Shown here: piece after piece, positions 58,729-64,000 of the stretch
Position numbering within the stretch: position 1 is the stretch's first letter
Layout: each line of letters starts with the position of its first letter
Virus record (IMG/VR): IMGVR_UViG_3300034021_001440
Span: 32,001-96,000 of that record
Direction: 5' to 3' (one strand)
Origin: a virus
Length of the DNA stretch: 64,000 bases
Made by a program: the position numbers and the translations under genes
The notes under the pieces: generated by a model
The model's input: only the letters and a program-made list of their open reading frames with translations
Database searches by the model: none
What the model was told of the DNA's origin: nothing

Positions 58729-59337
58729 ATGAAAAAACACTTCTATGTTTATTATTCCTATGAGGAGTGGGGTAGAGGATACATCGGCCGCCGCGAATGT
58801 ATTTGTTTGCCCGAGGAGGACACCAAATACTTTGGGTCTTTCAGGGACAAATCTTTTCAACCCACGAGCAAAATAATCCTCGCCACTTTCAACACACGAG
58901 AAGAAATGTGTCAGGCAGAAGTTGATTTGCATCTACTATTTCGAGTTGATGAAAATCCTCACTTTGCAAACAAAGCACGACAAACCTCCAACAAATTCTG
59001 TATGGATATGCAAGGAGAAAAAAATCCCAACTTTGGGAATAGGTGGAAGTGGACGGAGGAACAAAGGAGAGCGAGAAGCCAACTCTGTAAAGGAAGAAAA
59101 GGCACACCTCACTCCGAAAATACAAAAGAAAAAATTCGACAAACTCGAAAAGCAAAAAATTGTGGCATTGGAAATCAAAACGCACGGGGGAATTCATTCT
59201 CTCTCACCGATGAACAAAAAGAAAATAGGCGAAGAGCAGCCCTGGCACGGCCCATCCTTGAGTGCCCCGTGTGCGGAAGGGAGTGCAAAGGCACTGCCGG
59301 CGTCGCCAACCATTTGAGAAGCCACGGAGACTTTTGA
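58729..59337 (+). CDS. GIY-YIG (Seg-like) homing endonuclease with NUMOD3 and C2H2 finger
   Basis: FYVY..GYIG..YFGS; HSENTKEKI; CPVC..HLRSH. Confidence 0.8.
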   Translation: MKKHFYVYYSYEEWGRGYIGRRECICLPEEDTKYFGSFRDKSFQPTSKIILATFNTREEMCQAEVDLHLLFRVDENPHFANKARQTSNKFCMDMQGEKNPNFGNRWKWTEEQRRARSQLCKGRKGTPHSENTKEKIRQTRKAKNCGIGNQNARGNSFSLTDEQKENRRRAALARPILECPVCGRECKGTAGVANHLRSHGDF

Positions 59338-59338
59338 G

Positions 59339-59366
59339 TTTACTTCTCTGGCAAAAACACTAAACT
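59339..59366 (+). promoter_or_regulatory. sigma70-like promoter TTTACT-N16-TAAACT
   Basis: Heads the thyX cluster. Confidence 0.6.
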
Positions 59367-59388
59367 GTTATTGAATCTACCTAGACCG

Positions 59389-59775
59389 ATGATCACTTTT
59401 GGCACGTATCGCCTGACCTACACTCCCCCCGAAGAGACTTTTGGCTCTGTGGAGTCGACAGTTGATATGTCAATCTCCTCCGAAGCAGACCTGAACGATA
59501 TGCTCGGCTTCTTCGAGGATTTTCTCCGGGCCACCGGATACCAACTTGGCAACTCTATTCTGCAACTGGAAGAGCCGCCTGCTCTCAACAATTCGAACCA
59601 AGATTTCTGGGAAGACGACGGGGTCTCGCTCGTTGGCAATCCTTGGACCGCAACCCTTGGAAACTACGGCAAGAGTGACCAGGGTATTGTCTTCACTGGC
59701 ACACGTCTTCCCGGTGGTGATGATCACCTGTCGTTCCGCTCCTGCTTTGGCTCTGACGTTGTCACCTTCAGCTGA
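59389..59775 (+). CDS. hypothetical protein
   Basis: LNDMLGFFEDFLRATGY motif common in phage hypothetical proteins. Confidence 0.65.
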   Translation: MITFGTYRLTYTPPEETFGSVESTVDMSISSEADLNDMLGFFEDFLRATGYQLGNSILQLEEPPALNNSNQDFWEDDGVSLVGNPWTATLGNYGKSDQGIVFTGTRLPGGDDHLSFRSCFGSDVVTFS

Positions 59776-60560
59776 TGAAAAATACCTCTCCCTGGTTTAT
59801 TGAAGGGTCGTCCAAAGCTCGGATGGTCTGGGTCACCCCAGACGCCGAAGAGCACATTGCCTACATTGCTCGCGTCAGCAATCCGAAAAACCAAGAGAAC
59901 GAAAAGTTTGAAGGACTGCTGAAGTATTGCATCAAGCACGGCCACGTTTCCGTCTTCGAGCAAGCAGCAATGTGCGTGGAGATTGTCACTCCGCTTGCGA
60001 TTGCCACCCAGTTGCTGAGGCACCGTTCCTTCTGCTTTCAGCAGTTTTCGATGCGATACAGCAGCAACGAAGAACTGAAAGAGTTGCTCGGTGACTTTGG
60101 GAATCTGTATTACGTTCCTGAGGAAGCTCGTCTCCAAGACACAAAGAATCGTCAGAATAGCATCTTCGCAGAGGACGCCCAGCTCGACGACGCAATGCAG
60201 AACACAATGCTTTCTGCCTACAACATCGCAGACCTTTGTTACAATGATCTCCTTGAACGTGGCATCGCAAAAGAAATCGCAAGGTTCGTACTTCCGCAGG
60301 GTGGTTTTACTCGCTTGTACGTTACAGGTAGCTGTCGCAGCTGGATGCATTATCTTGGGGTCCGTGATGACGAAGGTGTTGTTCAGTGGGAACACGTCGA
60401 ACTCGCCCGTGCCATCCGGCCAATCTTCGCCACGCAGTTCCCAACCGTGAACCGTGCCTTCTTCAATCGCGATCGAAACCCGCTGGAGGTGGAGAATGAA
60501 GAGTTGAAGGCTGAGGTTGCTTTTCTGAGAGCACTTCAAAGGGAAAAGAACAATGGATAA
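59775..60560 (+). CDS. thyX: FAD-dependent thymidylate synthase
   Basis: HGHVSVFEQ, RHRSFCFQQFSMRY, AKEIARFVLP, QWEH. Confidence 0.93.
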   Translation: MKNTSPWFIEGSSKARMVWVTPDAEEHIAYIARVSNPKNQENEKFEGLLKYCIKHGHVSVFEQAAMCVEIVTPLAIATQLLRHRSFCFQQFSMRYSSNEELKELLGDFGNLYYVPEEARLQDTKNRQNSIFAEDAQLDDAMQNTMLSAYNIADLCYNDLLERGIAKEIARFVLPQGGFTRLYVTGSCRSWMHYLGVRDDEGVVQWEHVELARAIRPIFATQFPTVNRAFFNRDRNPLEVENEELKAEVAFLRALQREKNNG

Positions 60561-61176
60561 AGTTCGAGGTTTCGACCAGTTTCTCTACACTTTTGACGTT
60601 CCGTTTCGCATTCTGAATACTGCTCAACAGATTGCTTTTTCTCTTGACTATCACGAAAATCACTACAACCTCACTTCGAAAGTTGAAGACTCAATTGGTT
60701 TGCCAGAGATGGCAATCGTGCGAGAGTGGATCGACGAACAGCTGGAGGAACTGCGTCAGGAAGAACGGTTCGAGTGTGACTCAGTCAAGACTTGCATCGA
60801 GTGGTTCAACAAGTCTTTTCCAGGAATGTGGCATCACGCACACACTCACGACAACTCTTTCCTGAGTGGCCTGATCTACCTGACTGAGTCCAACGCAGAG
60901 ACCTGGTTCAGTATTCCCAGCATCTGGAGCAAAGAGTACACGATGCTGAATCTGAGTCCTGCAAATAAAGGTCTCACGTTTCTAAAGTATCCTACAACTG
61001 TGGGGAAGATGATTGTCTTTCCTTCGAGTTTACTTCACAGTGTATCTGAACATAATAATCCAGAGCCCCGTTTCTCATTGGCATTCAATGCCTTTCCGTC
61101 GGGACTCGTCGGAAGCAGGTCGGAAACGCACCATCGCCGTTTCATGCACGTTACCGTTAATCAGACTACCCTTTAA
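60553..61176 (+). CDS. putative 2OG-Fe(II) oxygenase
   Basis: HTHDNSFLSGLIYL..VFPSSLLHSV..RFSLAFN. Confidence 0.85.
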   Translation: MDKVRGFDQFLYTFDVPFRILNTAQQIAFSLDYHENHYNLTSKVEDSIGLPEMAIVREWIDEQLEELRQEERFECDSVKTCIEWFNKSFPGMWHHAHTHDNSFLSGLIYLTESNAETWFSIPSIWSKEYTMLNLSPANKGLTFLKYPTTVGKMIVFPSSLLHSVSEHNNPEPRFSLAFNAFPSGLVGSRSETHHRRFMHVTVNQTTL

Positions 61177-61400
61177 TGACTTCCACTCTTACAAAGCAGC
61201 TCGTCCACGCCTACTGGCACATTCTCGAGGACTTCCCTTCGAAAGACGGTGAATACGTTGTTGTGTTTGCGACTGACGAGGGCACCTTTGGCTACCCAGA
61301 TGTCTGGGAGTTTACTGCCCGCGATGGGTGGCAACCGCTCTTCGGACTGAGTCACGAGGACCAACCCACTCACTGGTGTAACTTGCCAATGCCCAAATGA
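61176..61400 (+). CDS. DUF551-like small protein
   Basis: W.....P...GEYVV..PTHWCNLP. Confidence 0.65.
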   Translation: MTSTLTKQLVHAYWHILEDFPSKDGEYVVVFATDEGTFGYPDVWEFTARDGWQPLFGLSHEDQPTHWCNLPMPK

Positions 61401-62368
61401 CTGATAGACCGAAACTAGAGAGCGCCTTTACTCTCGACCACAATCCATCGCCCTTAGTGGTAGTTGACTTTCACGTTTACCTTCACGACGTCAAGCGATG
61501 GTTTGAGGATAAGATTGAAGGCTCCTTTAGTGAAGAGGTCGAAGATAAACTCATCAAGGGGGCGTGGGCACTGAAGGTCAATCGCGGACCTGACATGCTC
61601 CCTCGTCATTCCCACCGCATTCTTGTCGTTGCCGACTCTCGTTTCCAGGACACAGGAAACTACTGGCGCGACAAGTTCATGAAAGAATCACAAGAAGTTC
61701 AAGAGGCTTGGAGCAACTATGCTGAGAAAGAGGGCAAAGACCTTGCTGAGTTACCTACGCATTACAAGGGAACGCGAACTGAAAAGGATGCCACCTTTTG
61801 GCGAGTATTTGACATTGGGTGGGAGTATGTCAACGCCTACTTCCCGGTTTTCTCTCAGGAAGGTTACGAGGCAGACGACATTGCGGGCGCTATCTATCGC
61901 ATCAGTCGGGATAACCTTGGCGACGGCATTGCTCATAAAAGGCAAATCCTCCTCTCGACGCTAGACCGCGACTGGTCTCAACTTGTAGATGAAGAGCACC
62001 GTGTCTATTTCGCCAACTCCAGAGTACCGTTCCCTTCGGAAAAAATACAAGAGAGACTTGTGGGTAACCAGGGCGTCATCGAGCATACTGCTCATCGCAT
62101 GGGTTTTGAACTCGATCACCCTAAGAACCTCGCTGACTGGAAAGTCAAGCACGGGGACATGGGGGATAATCTTCCTCCAGGTAGTCCTAAGTGTTTGTTT
62201 GATCTTTGCGAGGCAAACCCTCATTACACTATTGAAAAAGCGGCACCGTGGTACGTGGAGTTGGTAGAGTGTATGAATGATCCCGCGTCGAACATTCGTG
62301 ACGACCACTTTGAGCAGACTCTTAGACAGTTTGCCAAGATTTGCCTAGAGGCCCCAGTCAAACTCTAG
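61397..62368 (+). CDS. 5'-3' exonuclease / flap endonuclease (T4 RNase H / T5 D15-like)
   Basis: VVVD, YKGTR, GYEADDIAG, DRDWSQL, GDMGDN. Confidence 0.85.
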   Translation: MTDRPKLESAFTLDHNPSPLVVVDFHVYLHDVKRWFEDKIEGSFSEEVEDKLIKGAWALKVNRGPDMLPRHSHRILVVADSRFQDTGNYWRDKFMKESQEVQEAWSNYAEKEGKDLAELPTHYKGTRTEKDATFWRVFDIGWEYVNAYFPVFSQEGYEADDIAGAIYRISRDNLGDGIAHKRQILLSTLDRDWSQLVDEEHRVYFANSRVPFPSEKIQERLVGNQGVIEHTAHRMGFELDHPKNLADWKVKHGDMGDNLPPGSPKCLFDLCEANPHYTIEKAAPWYVELVECMNDPASNIRDDHFEQTLRQFAKICLEAPVKL

Positions 62369-62369
62369 C

Positions 62370-62377
62370 GGGTAAAA
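62370..62377 (+). promoter_or_regulatory. GGGTAAAA box
   Basis: 31 nt before ATG 62401. Confidence 0.7.
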
Positions 62378-62400
62378 CCATTTAGATTGACCGAGAAAGA

Positions 62401-63048
62401 ATGGCTGATGCAGCCTATCAAGCAAAATACCTGGCGACTGCAAGGCTTCTTTGGGACGCTTCTCACGGCGTTCCGGAGGATATTCCTTCGGACTATTGTG
62501 AGTATCTTGAGCATGAGTATGTTGATGGGGATATCTCTTTGGTTCCTCTTCTCCCTAAACTTGACTATACGGAGCACCTAGAAGACTGGGAAGTTGACGA
62601 AGCCATCGAGATGCTTGGCAAAGTCAAACCCGAAGACTGGCCCGACATTGCGGACATTGAGAGTATCTCCGCCGAGGCGCTGTTGCAAGATGAAGGCGAA
62701 TATGACTTCGTTGAAGACAACCTGAGCACTGCTGAGAAGACAGAGAGAGTTCTTGCGTCGGCAATCTCTTCCGTCTTCGGTGCTCCCGTCTCTGAAGTTC
62801 GCAGCGAAAAAGGATATTTCCCCAATCCCAAAAACCATTTCCTTCTGGAAGATGACGGTACGTTTGCTGGAACGTTTTCCCACGAAGGCAAAAAGTACTT
62901 GTTTGAAATCTTTCCTGACGAGCAGGGTTGGACAGTGACATACCGAATGCACTGGAAAGACCTCAACGATTTGCCCGCCGTGGCAGACCAAGACAACGAG
63001 AAGAAAAATGACTACACACGGCACGTTCGTAATCGTGGTTGGAGGTAG
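62401..63048 (+). CDS. hypothetical acidic protein
   Basis: 215-aa ORF following the motif. Confidence 0.7.
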   Translation: MADAAYQAKYLATARLLWDASHGVPEDIPSDYCEYLEHEYVDGDISLVPLLPKLDYTEHLEDWEVDEAIEMLGKVKPEDWPDIADIESISAEALLQDEGEYDFVEDNLSTAEKTERVLASAISSVFGAPVSEVRSEKGYFPNPKNHFLLEDDGTFAGTFSHEGKKYLFEIFPDEQGWTVTYRMHWKDLNDLPAVADQDNEKKNDYTRHVRNRGWR

Positions 63049-63050
63049 AG

Positions 63051-64000
63051 ATGGCAGCTTTCTTTGAAGGAGGTCCGATTCCTCTTCTTGGCGTCACACC
63101 TCAGGTCTTGTCAAATGTTGTTGGTCAAGGGCTGACTCAAATTGCTGCGGATCAAGTCAGCACTCTGGTTGGAGAGGTTTTTCAAGGTTCGGGTCAGTCT
63201 TTTCTGGCTGGACCCGGTCAGACGCTCCTCAGCAATGCCGCAAACAATATTCTCAACATCGGATTGAGTTCTGCTCTAGGTCAAGAGATCAGTGGTGTCT
63301 CTGGCCTCGATCTGACCAACGGCCAACAGTTTTTGGCAAGTGTAATCACTCCGGACATTACTTCTACAATATCAGCTAACATTAATGACTCAATCGCTAC
63401 AGCGTTAGAGAGTGCAGGGCCCTTTGGACCGGTGCTTTCAAGCGTACTGTCAAACGTCGGAGATGAAGTCGGCGGTGCAATAAATGGTTTTTTTGGCATA
63501 GGTGGTGGTGGTGGTGACGGTGGTGAAGCAGCCGGTGAGGCACCGGGAACCAATCGACGTTTTCCGGGAGCCACCTCAGACGATCCTCCGGCAAATTATG
63601 GAGGAAACGCATACACACTTGGCCCCTCAGGCGGCGACGTCACCTTCTCGTTGCAACCTGCCAATCAAGGACCTCAGCTGCAAGGGTTGGGCGAACTATC
63701 CAACCCCAAAACTCAAACAGCGTTCAGCAATCTTAGTTACACTGGGACTCCGCCAAGCTTCGCCGGAGTGACATATGACGCAGAGAATCTGGCCAAGATC
63801 AGCAGCATGGGATCTCTAACGTCAAGCAACAGTGTGGATCTCAGCTCATACTGGACAAACCCAACCACTGACGGCAGTTTCTCCAAAGAGACCTTCAGTG
63901 CTCAGCAAGCCCAAGGTTGGTCATTCATTTGCGCTCCTGAAGACATTAGCTGGGACCTGGCCAATGCGTCCAGCCGCGTCGATATCTTCGGAACCAACAA
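63051..64000 (+). CDS. 3'-truncated virion protein, possibly tube initiator/baseplate hub
   Basis: Open from MAAFFEGG to the window end (not in the track); ends WSFICAPEDISW..RVDIFGTN. Confidence 0.55.
   Translation, partial: MAAFFEGGPIPLLGVTPQVLSNVVGQGLTQIAADQVSTLVGEVFQGSGQSFLAGPGQTLLSNAANNILNIGLSSALGQEISGVSGLDLTNGQQFLASVITPDITSTISANINDSIATALESAGPFGPVLSSVLSNVGDEVGGAINGFFGIGGGGGDGGEAAGEAPGTNRRFPGATSDDPPANYGGNAYTLGPSGGDVTFSLQPANQGPQLQGLGELSNPKTQTAFSNLSYTGTPPSFAGVTYDAENLAKISSMGSLTSSNSVDLSSYWTNPTTDGSFSKETFSAQQAQGWSFICAPEDISWDLANASSRVDIFGTN

Noticed and set aside
1-64000. CRISPR array, tRNA or rRNA genes
   Set aside because: Intergenic gaps are too short and all repeats seen are coding; none recognised by eye
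1-64000. Cellular contractile injection system or gene transfer agent instead of a phage
   Set aside because: Terminase, PhoH, ThyX, homing endonucleases and dense phage-type gene packing point to a large phage genome

Overview
A 64-kb segment of a large dsDNA tailed phage, probably a myovirus. A freshwater cyanobacterial host is my inference from cyanophage-type virion proteins, PhoH, ThyX and a 2OG-Fe(II) oxygenase. Almost everything is on the + strand. Order: baseplate/neck genes, a 1739-aa fibre, terminase flanked by two free-standing homing endonucleases, PhoH, a cluster of small putative head-internal proteins, about 33 kb of tail fibre/spike genes interrupted by a glycosyltransferase-sulfotransferase pair, then a nucleic-acid metabolism cluster. 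Four highlights. (1) A GGGTAAAA box sits mostly 28-36 nt before about 22 start codons, a probable phage late promoter, distinct from a second TTTAC-N-TA(A/T)A(C/A)T promoter class. (2) Several fibre domains carry cysteines at the variable positions of their repeats, next to a GT9-like glycosyltransferase and a sulfotransferase, a candidate fibre-decoration system. (3) Two proteins share a basic Cys4 N-terminal module fused to different effector domains (HNH-like, protein kinase), each followed by a small ORF. (4) Several small proteins share an acidic leader ending in [FY]-x-E, a possible capsid-targeting/cleavage signal. All family calls come from motif recognition by eye; no searches were run.
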